The position numbers and the translations under genes are program-made. DNA of 62,913 nucleotides, filler included, from Globobulimina sp. (lineage: Eukaryota): assembly GCA_003354225.1 (NCBI GenBank). It is 33 parts of 33 records of this genome, joined end to end, with 100 filler letters (N's around TTAATTAATTAA, not from the genome) between each part and the next. Parts side by side here need not be neighbours in the genome. Positions count along the whole stretch, not along the records: positions 11,464 to 13,273 come from PIVH01011674.1; positions 13,374 to 15,183 come from PIVH01011675.1; positions 15,284 to 17,093 come from PIVH01011676.1; positions 17,194 to 19,003 come from PIVH01011677.1; positions 19,104 to 20,913 come from PIVH01011678.1; positions 21,014 to 22,823 come from PIVH01011679.1; positions 22,924 to 24,733 come from PIVH01011680.1; 26 more parts are not named here. One strand, 5' to 3'. Every line of letters starts with the position of its first letter. The first letter of the stretch is position 1. Shown here in pieces: positions 11,991 through 23,988 of this stretch. The notes beneath the pieces are model-generated. The model saw only the letters and a list, made by a program, of their open reading frames with translations. It made no database searches and was not told where the DNA came from.

Positions 11991-12530
11991 TTAGTGTGTC
12001 ATTATTTTTCTCTTTGGAGCGGCGTTTGTTAATTTCTTATAAGCTGTTTCGTTTATTTTTTTTAGAGAGTACCAAACGTATATCAAAGACATCAGTCCAA
12101 TTCCCAACACTATATAATTTATCACAACCAGTCCTTCGTCATTGGTTGCAAGCCATTTTGCGTGGCCATACGCTCCCAAAGCAATAAATGATCCAATAAA
12201 TGATAAATATACCATTTTCCTTGCATACGTTCTTAATGATAATGATGCAGTTTTTGCAATTTGTAACGAGGACAGACTTTCTCGAAACATATATCGACGA
12301 AAAATGAAGGATGTGCCCATTAAAATTAATGTAGTTAAAGCTGAACAAACAATAACAACTGTCAATGCTATACCAAATATATATGCTGGTACTTCATGTC
12401 CAATAAAAATAGTTTCATCTGATTCCACCATCAAAGTGATAGAAAATCCAAAAACAAGAGTAGCAACTAATGATAATACATTTTGTTCTTCAACTTTATT
12501 TTCGTACAACTTGATGGCTGGTTTGCTCAT
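11991..12530 (-). CDS. Four-TM Orai/CRAC-channel-like protein
   Basis: TM1 SLVATLVFGFSITLMVE parallels Orai TM1 (ALLSGFAMVAMVE); four TM helices with Orai-like spacing. Confidence 0.55.
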   Translation of the reverse strand: MSKPAIKLYENKVEEQNVLSLVATLVFGFSITLMVESDETIFIGHEVPAYIFGIALTVVIVCSALTTLILMGTSFIFRRYMFRESLSSLQIAKTASLSLRTYARKMVYLSFIGSFIALGAYGHAKWLATNDEGLVVINYIVLGIGLMSLIYVWYSLKKINETAYKKLTNAAPKRKIMTH

Positions 12531-12777
12531 TCTATTTACAAAGTTTTTAACTGAACCAAAAGTTTGTTAGGGATGTTCTAACATTAATAATATCTCACAT
12601 TGGATAACCCAACAAACAAAGCTGTAGCAAACCATTTCTGTATAAAAAAGTATAATTGAATAAAATGTATACAATTTTATATTGTATTAATATTATATTA
12701 TATTATAAATTTAATTATAAAACAACAGAAACGAGAGAAAGAAAATTCGCAGTTACTGATTATTATAAAATTAAAAA

Positions 12778-13242
12778 TCAAGGTCTCTGACCAACGCCAC
12801 CGGCAATATCATAAATCGCTCTTTGAACCAACAAATTAATTTCATCCGCATCACTTTGCGTGGTGGCCTCTGCATAAATCCTCACACAATCCTCAGTCCC
12901 CGAGGGTCGAACAAAAGATCGCGAATCTTGATACTTTGCACAAATTGCATCAATTTGATCCTGTACACCTTTGGGCTCCACACATAATTGCTCCGCATTT
13001 GCTGTGATAAACACAGTCCGGTCCTTTACTCTTAACTTCGTTAAACAACTTGGCCGATCCACATAAATCGAACTCCATTTCTTCATATTCCAATTTAAAT
13101 CATACAACGCTGCCTCTACCAATAACGCATCGGCCAATGCATCGCCAATGGCTTGGTTCGAAACCAAATGGATTAATATCAATATCTCAATGGCTTTCTT
13201 CTCCTCTTCGCCCACGCCATCATCCAATTTGCTCCTTAACAC
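12778..13242 (-). CDS. PGM3: Phosphoacetylglucosamine mutase, last exon
   Basis: NQAIGDALAD, Y.DRPS, P.GVQDQID and RSFVRPSGTEDCVRIYAEA. Confidence 0.93.
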   Translation of the reverse strand: MLRSKLDDGVGEEEKKAIEILILIHLVSNQAIGDALADALLVEAALYDLNWNMKKWSSIYVDRPSCLTKLRVKDRTVFITANAEQLCVEPKGVQDQIDAICAKYQDSRSFVRPSGTEDCVRIYAEATTQSDADEINLLVQRAIYDIAGGVGQRP

Positions 13243-13462
13243 ACATAGTACAGTAATAAATATATAATTTTGTNNNNNNNNNNNNNNNNNNNNNNNNNNN
13301 NNNNNNNNNNNNNNNNNTTAATTAATTAANNNNNNNNNNNNNNNNNNNNNNNNNNNNNNNNNNNNNNNNNNNNTAAATAGTTATTGATAATGACTAAATT
13401 GTTATAGGTGACTAAACTGACTAGTCTAGCTGTGACCTCCTAGGAAACCTCAACCCAATCAT

Positions 13463-15183
13463 TTGGTTTATGCAAAATATGCGCAATCAGCCATTATCAT
13501 CAATGGTATTATTTATTGCTTTGCTGGATCTCCTACGGCCCACAATGAATATTATCAATATGCGGTGATACCAACGATCTCTCCTTCCTTTTCACCAACA
13601 GCAGCTCCCACATTCTCTCCAACCATTCCTCCAACAACATCTCCAACATCATCACCTTCCATCGCTCCAACTTTGTCACCAACAACTTCTCCAACATTTT
13701 CTCCTTCCGTCGCTCCAACGAGATATCCAACAAAAATAGATGAATATAATGAAACATTGCAAGTATTATTCATCATCGATAATTTGACAGAAAGCAACAA
13801 AGTGATTGTTAAAAACACAGAGGATATCCAGATGAATGTTATACCATTAATCGAAACATCGTTTGTTGACATTATTGTCGGTGACACACATTTACAATAT
13901 AAGCAATTTGAGATAATACCAGATAAATTCCATTATATTGACCATGGACAAAATCTATATTCCTACCAATTATCAATTGCTTCCACATTAAATTACAATA
14001 CTGAACAAGTAAAAAATATTATAAATACTATATCGAACAATGATCAGTTTATAAGTAAGACACAAGATTTATTGCGGAAATTTTATAATTATCAATATCT
14101 AACATTTGCGGTAAAAATTATCGATCCAACTCCGAGCAAAACAGCCATTGATTACGTTTTTTATTCAATCTTATCATTTCTTGGCTTGATGTCCGTCATT
14201 TCATTGTTTGCTTTTGTATATAATAAAAAACAAGGAACGAAAACAGATGATGCAAATTGGATGATTTTGATCTTTGTTGCTTCTCAAATTGCAGATTTTT
14301 TATCGGATATATTGTTATCCAAAGAAATAACAGATAGATTTGGAACAAATGAGAATGAACAATCTTTGTTTGTTGTATATTTCAGGACTTGGCAGCATTA
14401 TTTTTATCGTAATTCCATATATTTTCAATATTTATGTTACAATAAAAATCGATCAATATATCAAAGACAATAAAATCGCTTTAATGCATTTTAAAAACTA
14501 TCGTGCCGTATTTGTGATTGTTATGTTATTAACGGGTTCATCTTATATTGGAATCACGTTATTATCATCGAGGATATTTGGAGTTGAACTGTTTAATTCT
14601 GGTTTGACAAAACATGAAATACAAAAATTAACTAATTTGAAATTATTCGGTTCTGTTTTGGCAGAGAATTTTCCTCAAATTATTATCCAAATACTTTATG
14701 CAATATATCTTGGTGGAAATGTGTCAAATATCGCCATGTTATCATTTACAATGTCTTTGCTATCGATTATTGTCGTCATTTTATCCTACATTTTACAGAA
14801 AAAAGAGGGAAATTCGACTGCTGTTAAATATGAATTACATTTTGCCAAAAGTTTAGATTTGACCGATAATGAAAAAGTAACATTATCCCAAAAGAAAGAA
14901 TGTAAAGAAGCATTAAAGAAATTATTCTCTGCCACCTTGCAAATCGACGAAACATTGCTACAATTTGGAAAAAGTCGAGCTTTGAACAATGGAGTAATTA
15001 TCAATATTCTTCACTTTATTTTCCATTCAGAATTAAATCAACATCGAACAGCAAAATCAATTATTTTTGATCTTTATCAAGCACAAAAAAAAGAAATAGA
15101 GCAAGCATTATCAACTTATTTCGGGTCTGATGGGGAGATAAATGATGATCCGTTCTTTTTGGATTCACAATTTCAGGAAATGC
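13463..15183 (+). pseudogene. Surface protein (Kelch-like remnant, S/P/T stalk, multi-TM domain) with frameshift near 14360-14375
   Basis: SPT repeats. The TM series continues from ORF 13463-14473 into overlapping ORF 14340+ (ENFPQIIIQILY) with no plausible intron. Confidence 0.6.
13570..13722 (+). repeat. Coding 12-nt-period repeat (xxPT) mucin-like stalk
   Basis: SPSFSPTAAPTFSPTIPPTTSPT...; recurring CCAAC. Confidence 0.8.
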
Positions 15184-15283
15184 NNNNNNNNNNNNNNNNN
15201 NNNNNNNNNNNNNNNNNNNNNNNNNNNTTAATTAATTAANNNNNNNNNNNNNNNNNNNNNNNNNNNNNNNNNNNNNNNNNNNN

Positions 15284-15577
15284 TTATTTGAGCCATGCTC
15301 TGCCAAAAAATGTGCAAAATCATCAATAAAATCTGTGTATGATTCGGTACAAAATTCAATTAATATTTCTTGGCTTACTTTGCTTGCATTCATCTTATTA
15401 TTTTTTGTTAACACATTGAAATATTTTAAGCTCATTGTTAATCGCTGTAAATAGGAGCAGTTTGCTATGATTTCATTCTTTGATTTATTACAATTTGTGG
15501 ATATTTCCTCAAATATTTTAAGATCGATATCCATGGATTTATCAGTCACCTTATTATGCTTAGTTGGGTTTGTCATG
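15284..15577 (-). CDS. N-terminus of lineage-expanded hypothetical family protein
   Basis: CSYLQRL..LKYF...FIDDFAHFLAEH resembles CLSLERV..LKKY...LLNDYNHLLAFH in ORF 51750. Confidence 0.5.
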
Positions 15578-15593
15578 TGGAAAACGTTGAAGA

Positions 15594-16495
15594 ATGCAGC
15601 ATCAGCAACAACAACAACATGGTCAACCATACCAAGCAGTGTCTTACCATCACTCTGAAGCAGCGAAACAAGATAAAAAAGCACATTCAATTTCGAATTC
15701 GCAGTCGTCATCGCATGAAAGTAATAAAAGCCACCAAAGTAAGACGAAACAGGTTGTGGCAGAAAGCAAATATGATATGGATGAAAAGGATGATATTAAA
15801 CAAGATTCGGCCCATTCAACGCATGGCCGATTAACCTCACATATCGGTTATGCCTCTGCTTCGAATACAATATCACCGCAAGACAGCAATAATAATAATA
15901 ACAACAACAACAACAAAAGCAATGACAATGACAGCAACAACAAGAAGAATGGAAATAATTACTACAATTTTACGGATGCGACAGTCAAAGAGCTGTCGAA
16001 TAGTAAGCAATACTGTCCCAACACGGACAAAATAACTTATTTATATGGTCAGAAGGAATTACTTATTTCGCTGATGGCTATTTGACAGTGCCCGACGATG
16101 TAAGTATTATATTAAGGACATCGATGATTTTGCCAATGTGAGCGAAGGCATTTATACTCGTACTGCTATGTACAATTATAATTAACGCAAATCAATTGAC
16201 TGAAATGGTGTCACCGTTTGGCCATTTTAGTGAAATTGGCAGATTTGCAGCGAAATCAAAGAAAAATAAATATATGCTATTATTAATACGTCGGATTTTA
16301 AACCGTGTATTTTGTCAACAATGGCTGTTTTTTGTTGGGATAAAATGTATTAACAAAGATCGACCATGGTGGTGGGATATCTTTTGGAATATATCGTTGA
16401 AACTAAAAAACCAAACACCGACCCTGACCGATGATGCGTATAAATCAATGGAATATAAGCAAGATCCCAATGATGTTCTTGATTTCCGACTGTGA
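15594..16495 (+). pseudogene. Low-complexity (Q/N/S) gene with several frame disruptions
   Basis: Protein-like reading switches frame several times around 16040-16200; (AAT/AAC)n run at 15888-15915. Confidence 0.35.
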
Positions 16496-16584
16496 GAACA
16501 AGACCTCAATCACAAAACTTTCATTGTTGAAATTAAACAACCAATCAAAAAAAACATGCAAGAATAATAATAAAAAAAATTAAA

Positions 16585-17093
16585 TCATTGCTTAATTATC
16601 AAACAATCATAACCCCACCTACTATCATATGCATCTTTTGATAAATTTATATTCCATTTTTTCTCATTAAATCTTTGTTTTACTGACTCATTCAAAATAT
16701 TACTTAACCAGGTGTAATAACTTCCAAATCTATCTGCTTTAATAATATATTTAATGGATGGTTTGCAGGATTCAATCGATGATAAAAATGATAATAAATT
16801 AAATCTATATTCTGTTGATTTACTTGTTGTATTAATAACAATTTTATTAAGATTTGTAAATATGGGAAATATTTTCGGATTTATTACATTTAAATATGAA
16901 TTATTCTCTCTATAAAAAAGTAAATCACTTAATTCCGTAAAATATGTTAATATGACATGAATATTAATGACTATTTCTGTTTTTTTATTTACAAATAAAT
17001 GAAATGAATCAAGAATATATGGATCAATATCTTGTTTCTCTTTTTCTTGATTTAATTTATTATTTATTAAGGCATTCAATATTAAAATATCTG
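16585..17093 (-). CDS. Hypothetical protein, C-terminal part
   Basis: Open frame of 164+ aa in very AT-rich DNA. Confidence 0.55.
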
Positions 17094-17654
17094 NNNNNNN
17101 NNNNNNNNNNNNNNNNNNNNNNNNNNNNNNNNNNNNNTTAATTAATTAANNNNNNNNNNNNNNNNNNNNNNNNNNNNNNNNNNNNNNNNNNNNAGGATGA
17201 AAAGGAAATGAAAGGAAATTTTAATAAGAAAGAAATATTTGCTGTAAATAATTATAATGATAATGGCAATGAGATATTATTAAATATTGGAGATGCAATC
17301 GGTAAATACATTTTTAAATTGCATTATTTTGCTTCAAACTCTTGGTCTCTTAACCAGCGGGTATGCAACATCGTTTTCGCGATTATAGGGTGATTGTTGC
17401 AAAACGCGATGCGCAGCATGTTGCGCGATGTTGCGCGATTGTTGCAAGAAAACCTACTAAACTACGACTAGAACCTGACGAGCGACTGCTCATTGTTTGC
17501 TGTGTGATTGTTTGCTATGCTAAGTGTCATTAATAGATTAAAATGAAATAAGTTAAAAGTCCAATCAGTTTAACCAGATACAAAGTCCAATCAGTTAAAA
17601 AAGTCCAATCAGTTTAACCAGTTCGCCAAATTCCTTCTATGTGGTTCGCCACAA

Positions 17655-18898
17655 TTGCCGTTATTCAGAAGCAATGAAATGGATACCATGGGGTCAGTGA
17701 CTGATGTCCGAATAGTGGAAATATCAGGATTAACATATAATAATTATGACAATAACCAATCAGCATATTATGCAATTTCGAATGCATTATTTAAAAAAGA
17801 AAAAATAATATTTGAGTTTCCAATGGATGTATCATCAACACCTAAAGTTTTGATCGATGATATCAATGGTACCATAATGCACGACCCGCCTCAATCGACT
17901 ATGGCAGATGGCATACGATTAGCAGACACAGAAAATATTGTATACTTACGAGATACTGATAATTGGAAAACATATTTTATTGTTTCTAACGAAGGCTATC
18001 GAGATTATAACGTAAAAACGAATTTTTGGTTATATTCTTTGAACGGAACATATATTGGCAATTTGTCATACTGTACAGATATATTTCAGGAAACAGGCAC
18101 ACGAACTCACCCAACCAATGGTTTTGGTGATGGGGATGGTGTCGAATCCATGTCCATCACATCTGATTATTCAAAAGTTATTTGGATAGCATCAAATACA
18201 CTCATTCAAGATCAAACATTCAATAAAAGTGTTAAGTATTCTGTACATATATATATATAAACATCGTTTTACTTAAAAACAATGAACTGAAACAGATTCG
18301 GATTTCACTCAATACAATGCATTATAATAAATACAATGGCATACCAACGTGGACAGAAGATTATCAATTTAGATATGACAAAGATAGCGAAGATTCCACA
18401 GTATCGGACGCAACAATTATCAGTGATGATTTATCAATCATTATAGTATTAGAAAAAGAAGCCGTCGATCAAGTATATACAATAAATGTGTACCAAATAG
18501 ATTTGTGTAATATCAATTCAACGCAATATGACATATCACAATGCATTGCATTAACAAATACTTCGTGTAATGATACACGTGTTTTGAATAAAACATTGGT
18601 TGGCCAGTTTGCTAGATTTGCGTCAGATATTCCAAATATAGAGTTGATAAATTGGGACGCACTCACTGTCGCCAGAGGATTAAAATGTGCTGCAACTGCA
18701 GCTCATAAATCGCATAACGATGTTGGTGAATACTTTTTAATGGCAGTTTCTGACTCAAATGAACAGGAAGACACATATTTAGCATATCTATGTTTTGAGC
18801 CTAACGGTACATCATATAATCCCACCATGTACTTCACAACAACAGCTGTTGCAAACAAACAGCAACAACAATCTGAAATTGCATATGTTGTTTGTTGA
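17655..18898 (+). CDS. Esterase-like-activity-of-phytase family beta-propeller; intron 18231-18295; 5' end disrupted
   Basis: EISGLTY, FIVSNEG, GVESMSIT, IIVLEK, NWDALT and MAVSDSN in the family's order. Confidence 0.7.
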
Positions 18899-19103
18899 CA
18901 CTGTTTTTGTTAATCCGTAGATTTTTTAAGCACAAAGAGAAACACGCCAATGACATGCGTGTATCAAATGCATTGGTTGTTGTCATAGGGATTGGTAACT
19001 ATGNNNNNNNNNNNNNNNNNNNNNNNNNNNNNNNNNNNNNNNNNNNNTTAATTAATTAANNNNNNNNNNNNNNNNNNNNNNNNNNNNNNNNNNNNNNNNN
19101 NNN

Positions 19104-19683
19104 CATACAAGGCATCACTACTTCCTCTAAAAAGCCCTGGTCGTATAAACGTTTCAAATTTCTCACAGACAGAAAGTTGCTGAGTGCTATCCACTGCGCA
19201 GTTGCTCACAATTAACCCTTTTCGATCCCTGAGCACGTTGACAGGAAAATTGTCTAAATCTTCATCCAAAGTGGCGCGAATTGCATGTACCAAATCTGGT
19301 GAACCAGTCCTTGCGGCCAAGTCAGTGTCGCAAATGGCTGAATCTTTGATGGCATAATATAAATCCATTCGACTTTGTTCACCATCGCTGACGTTATAAT
19401 TGATTGGGTCGTGATAGCCGCCAATGGTTATGTTGGCATCGTTGGCATCAAATTCTGTATAGGTCACTCTAATCGCACTATATATCATACTGTTCACTGT
19501 TATTAGATCGGTGCCGCGAATGGCTGATACTGTTTCTGCTACAAACTCTTGTTGTTTTTTACATTGTGCATAGGATATTGGACAGGATGCGTCCATTAAA
19601 ACTACTAATTCATATCGACGGTCTGCACATGATGCATATACTGGTTGTATTGGTGAGGGTGTCGGCGATGCCGTATCTCCACC
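19104..19683 (-). CDS. vWA-like domain protein (partial exon)
   Basis: ELVVLMDASC (MIDAS-like) after an SPTP linker; KGLIVSNC. Confidence 0.5.
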
Positions 19684-20140
19684 TAAATATTAAATTGCAT
19701 GAGAAAAAGTATATTTTATGGTTGTGGATAGAAGTATGTATTGGTTTTACCATTTATTGTTAAGATATGCAGAGCGTATGTAATTATGAAGATGGCTTTG
19801 ACTGTATAAAAATTATAAAAGTGGTTTTGACAAATAACAATTTTTCGGATTAATATACAAGAGTTGTATAAACCTGGTAATAATGAATACATTTTATTGG
19901 ATGTTCACGGCTGTATCAAATGCTGTACAATATGCACGGTTGGGGAGAAGGAATGGTAAATGTAAAGTTGATGTTTTCTTTATATAATTAAAAAAAAAGC
20001 AGAAAACCCTTCAGCTGAACCATCCCGTCATCACACTCTATTAATTACTCGTTCTAAAGTAACCTATCCCAGAAACAGACACCTTAACAAATACCTAAAT
20101 ATATCACCACACTCTGTTAATCACTGAATTAATTCAAAAG

Positions 20141-20425
20141 ATGTCACATCGCGATGGTGGTAATGATAAAACGGATCAAGTTCTTGTTGAAATTGATCAA
20201 ACCAAAACAACGATTGGTGATGGAATTCAAATGGCAATTGACAGAGGAGATAAATTGGAAGATGTGAATGAAAAAGCATTGATGCTTTCTGATGCTGCCA
20301 ACCTATTCAATAAAAATGCACAAAAAGTGCAAAAACAGACTTGGTTAAAACAATGGAAAATGATTGTATTGATCATCTCCATTGTAATTATATTGATTGT
20401 TATAATATGTTTACTTGCTGCATAA
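20141..20425 (+). CDS. Synaptobrevin/VAMP R-SNARE
   Basis: AIDRGDKLEDVNEKA..LSD.A..F.K.A plus a C-terminal TM helix. Confidence 0.92.
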   Translation: MSHRDGGNDKTDQVLVEIDQTKTTIGDGIQMAIDRGDKLEDVNEKALMLSDAANLFNKNAQKVQKQTWLKQWKMIVLIISIVIILIVIICLLAA

Positions 20426-20608
20426 TCTGCTCTTTCTTCTTATTTTCAATCATTAATTATTTTTTTTTCCATTTGCGTGCATGACTCTAATATTTAATTA
20501 GTAGTCATATGTGTGTTCTTTTTTTTATTTTTTAAGTAAACTAAACTTTCAACAACAAAAAAAACAGAAACTTCCAACATAGCATCCGGTCACTAAATTA
20601 TTTCGGAT

Positions 20609-20908
20609 ATGTCGAGCGATGATGACAACAATGATAAAATGAAGGAGGTTCTTGTTGAAATCGATAAAACAAAAGCAACGGTTAATAAAGGCATTCAAAT
20701 GGCAATTGACAGAGGAGATAAATTGGAGGATTTGGATGAAAAGGCATTAATGCTTTCTGATGGAGCACATCAATTCAATAAAAAAGCAAGAAACGTGAGA
20801 AGACATTTTTGTTTGCAACAATGGAAAATGATTGCACTGATTACCTTCATTGTGATTATATTGGTTATTGTAATATGGCTTATTGTTGCACCACCCAATA
20901 AAAAATAA
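20609..20908 (+). CDS. Synaptobrevin/VAMP R-SNARE, tandem paralogue
   Basis: AIDRGDKLEDLDEKA..LSDGA.QF.KKA plus TM; strong nucleotide identity to 20141-20425. Confidence 0.93.
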   Translation: MSSDDDNNDKMKEVLVEIDKTKATVNKGIQMAIDRGDKLEDLDEKALMLSDGAHQFNKKARNVRRHFCLQQWKMIALITFIVIILVIVIWLIVAPPNKK

Positions 20909-21013
20909 ATTTTNNNNNNNNNNNNNNNNNNNNNNNNNNNNNNNNNNNNNNNNNNNNTTAATTAATTAANNNNNNNNNNNNNNNNNNNNNNNNNNNNNNN
21001 NNNNNNNNNNNNN

Positions 21014-21228
21014 TTAACACATGATTTGGTACCAACGCAATTAGAGCTATTATCTGTTTCAACATCACCATAAGCCGTCCAATAACCAGAAGCAGTGTGG
21101 TTAGTTAGAAAATCAGTGTATGGCAATGGTTCTCGTGTTGTTGTTGTTGGTACAGTGCAATATATCCTATTAAACAAATACAAAAAGATACAGAATGTAT
21201 CTAATAATACAGTTTTAGCAGATGTCAT
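21014..21228 (-). CDS. Secreted protein, N-terminus (partial)
   Basis: Hydrophobic leader followed by PTTTT and a Cys-containing segment. Confidence 0.45.
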
Positions 21229-21288
21229 GTCGAGGCAAAAATCATAGCGAAAACTTTCTTAAAAAATGCAGCAAAATACAAGTAAGAT

Positions 21289-22095
21289 ATGCGAGCGCTC
21301 AGCCTCAACGATGATGCTTCTGATCAGATGAATGAGATGGCATTCTATGAATCAATGTCTGCTGTTGAAATGCAGCAAGGCACCTATATCTATTCAAAAT
21401 ATACCAAATGGTGTTTCGCAAAGTATGTTGTATTCGTTGCTGTCACTCTTATTCTTACATTAACATCATCAAATTCTTATTCTTGTGATGAACGGATTGT
21501 TCCTTTGTTTTGATGAACGGGACATGTAATTGAATTCTTTCTTGTTTTGATTATTATGGTATTATGGGAATGTTATTGCGTTTATTTGACAAAAAACCGG
21601 ATTTGTAATATGTTGATAACGTATAATTTCTTGGATGTTATATTTAAAATATTGCAATGTGATGATGCAGATAATAATGTTTGTGAATTATTTGCAGATA
21701 GAAATAACATTGAAATAACGGTCGTTGATGTTGCGTTATATATGATGTTTCTTTTATGGATGTCTAGAGTTTGTGTTACTTTTTGTTGTTGCAACAATAA
21801 CCGACATCGATATGAAATTTTGATCAATACATTGGTGTTTGTGGTATGGATAATACTGAGTGTCGCAATGATGTATTGTTTAATTGCACAAGCAATGGGT
21901 CGAACTTATATTATTCATATTGTTTGGAGTTTGATATTAAGAATAATAATATTTTTGAGTGCAATGGATACAATATTCATAAAGGAAGCGCGAGATTCAT
22001 TGTTTGAATGTATCTCAAATTATCATAAAAAAATATCATATGAACCTTACGCAGCCGCAGTAGAAGAATCTGCTGATTCCACACAAGCACAATAA
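21289..22095 (+). pseudogene. Multi-pass membrane protein interrupted by in-frame TGA TGA (21511-21516)
   Basis: ORFs 21289-21513 and 21547-22095 are in the same frame: ...IVPLF**TGHVIEFFLVLIIMV... Confidence 0.6.
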
Positions 22096-22923
22096 TATAT
22101 ATTTATATGGGAACTATGATTTATAACTACTGCAGTTTATCAATAACTAGCATCAATTAATTTGTTATTGTTCGTTTTTATGAAAAGCACCAAATTGTAG
22201 TTTGTTTTTGTTGGATATATTCAGAATTATTTGTGTACAGCCACGCGTATGACTCTTTATTTATGAATACTGCCATATCATATGAAGCTGAAGCCCTATT
22301 TTTGTATCCCCATCAAGCTTTTTTCATCCTTTCGTGGAGTGTCGGATTTGATTGTACACTGTATATTGAATGTGTGATGCTCGAAAATCAATATTTTATA
22401 TAATTGAAAAAAAATCACATTCGTAACAACAAAAAATATTAGATTGTGATCATCTTTTGAGTCGGTTTTTGTTGCCATAAAAAACTGGCAGCAAAACTGG
22501 CAAAACTGGCAAAACCGAGTCACTTTATAGTTGTAGTAATATATATGTTATGACGTACCGTTGGGTTTATATTTGTAGTAAAAGTCAATTATTTACATAA
22601 CTAGTTTGGTGTATAAATTGTAGTTTGTATAACTAGTTTGGTGGATTTCCAGCAACAAAGACCAAAAAGGATATTACCATCATTTGTGACTGAAAGCATT
22701 GCTAAAAGAAAGAAAGATTATTTAAATAACATATGCTTTTTGTTTGGCTTTCGGGTTTCCTTTTTTTATTTAATAATTAACAAAAACTCCTACTACAAAA
22801 AGTCCTAACAATGGTACTTAATTNNNNNNNNNNNNNNNNNNNNNNNNNNNNNNNNNNNNNNNNNNNNTTAATTAATTAANNNNNNNNNNNNNNNNNNNNN
22901 NNNNNNNNNNNNNNNNNNNNNNN

Positions 22924-23579
22924 TTTTCAATCAAAAAACGACTGTTTTGAGGTTGCCAAAGTGTTATCAAAAATTGTGTTACCAAAAGCAGAAGATCTTG
23001 AATTCATCAACCTTTTCATAAAAGATTTTTATCAAAAAAGTCGATTTAACAAAATATGCGAAAAAGTTGCTGAAACCATACATCGAGCATCAATTATATG
23101 GCGAATATTTACGGTTTTTATGGGTGCGAATGCCAGCTGGGGATCCCAGTCAATTAGGTGAAGGTGCCTTTGTTTCACCTTTTTTGACGGAATTGGAATA
23201 TTTTAAGCATATATCGCGTGGATTTAGTGGCATTGAGGACGAATTTAAGAATGCTGCGGCTGACGCAAAGGCAAATGGAGAAAGATTTGATAAAAAAATG
23301 CCATTTACTAAAGCGTTGAAAGGACTATATTTCCAGAAATGGAAACCACCAAATTTTGAACATAATGTGACTGTAAGTACTGGCAAATCGCAAAATGTCT
23401 TGTTATGGTACATTTATGTTATTATTGCTGTGGTTATTGTTGCATTTATTATTATTGTGGCGGTCAGCGTTATGAAATATAGGCAGTATAAGAATATTTA
23501 TAGAGATGGATATGAAATAATTAAACAAAAGAAAATAAATGTTGAGGAAGATAAATCTGAATTTGTAGCTATTTCTTGA
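22924..23579 (+). CDS. Single-pass membrane protein, C-terminal part
   Basis: Open frame with TM LLWYIYVIIAVVIVAFIIIVAV followed by basic residues. Confidence 0.55.
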
Positions 23580-23988
23580 ATTATATATATAAATATATAT
23601 ATTTATACGGTAGTTGATGTCTGTTAATGTCTATCAATTCTTCATCCATTTGTATTTATATTTATTTTGTATGTGTTTATTTTTATTACATATTATATTA
23701 CTTACATTTTCGTCTGCAATTAAAGTTGAAAATGTAAGCACTTTTATTTCCATATTAATTGTATTTATTGTTTGCAAACTCTACCTCTATTTATTATTTC
23801 AGTGGAATTTTAAGTATATTTACTCATTTTGCTGAACGATATATTCCAAAATATAAGTTGTATATTTGGTTCTGGTGTACCTTTTTCACAGAAAGCTTTG
23901 TCTGGAGTTTGCAAAAAGATTATTTGCAACAAAAAGATACGTATATACACATTCAGTACAACACAACACAAATTTGAATCATATTTTA

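Noticed and set aside
22478-22645. (CAAAACTGG)n and TAACTAGTTTGGTG duplicates as a CRISPR array or telomere
   Set aside because: Only 2-4 short copies with no spacer structure; simple local duplications.
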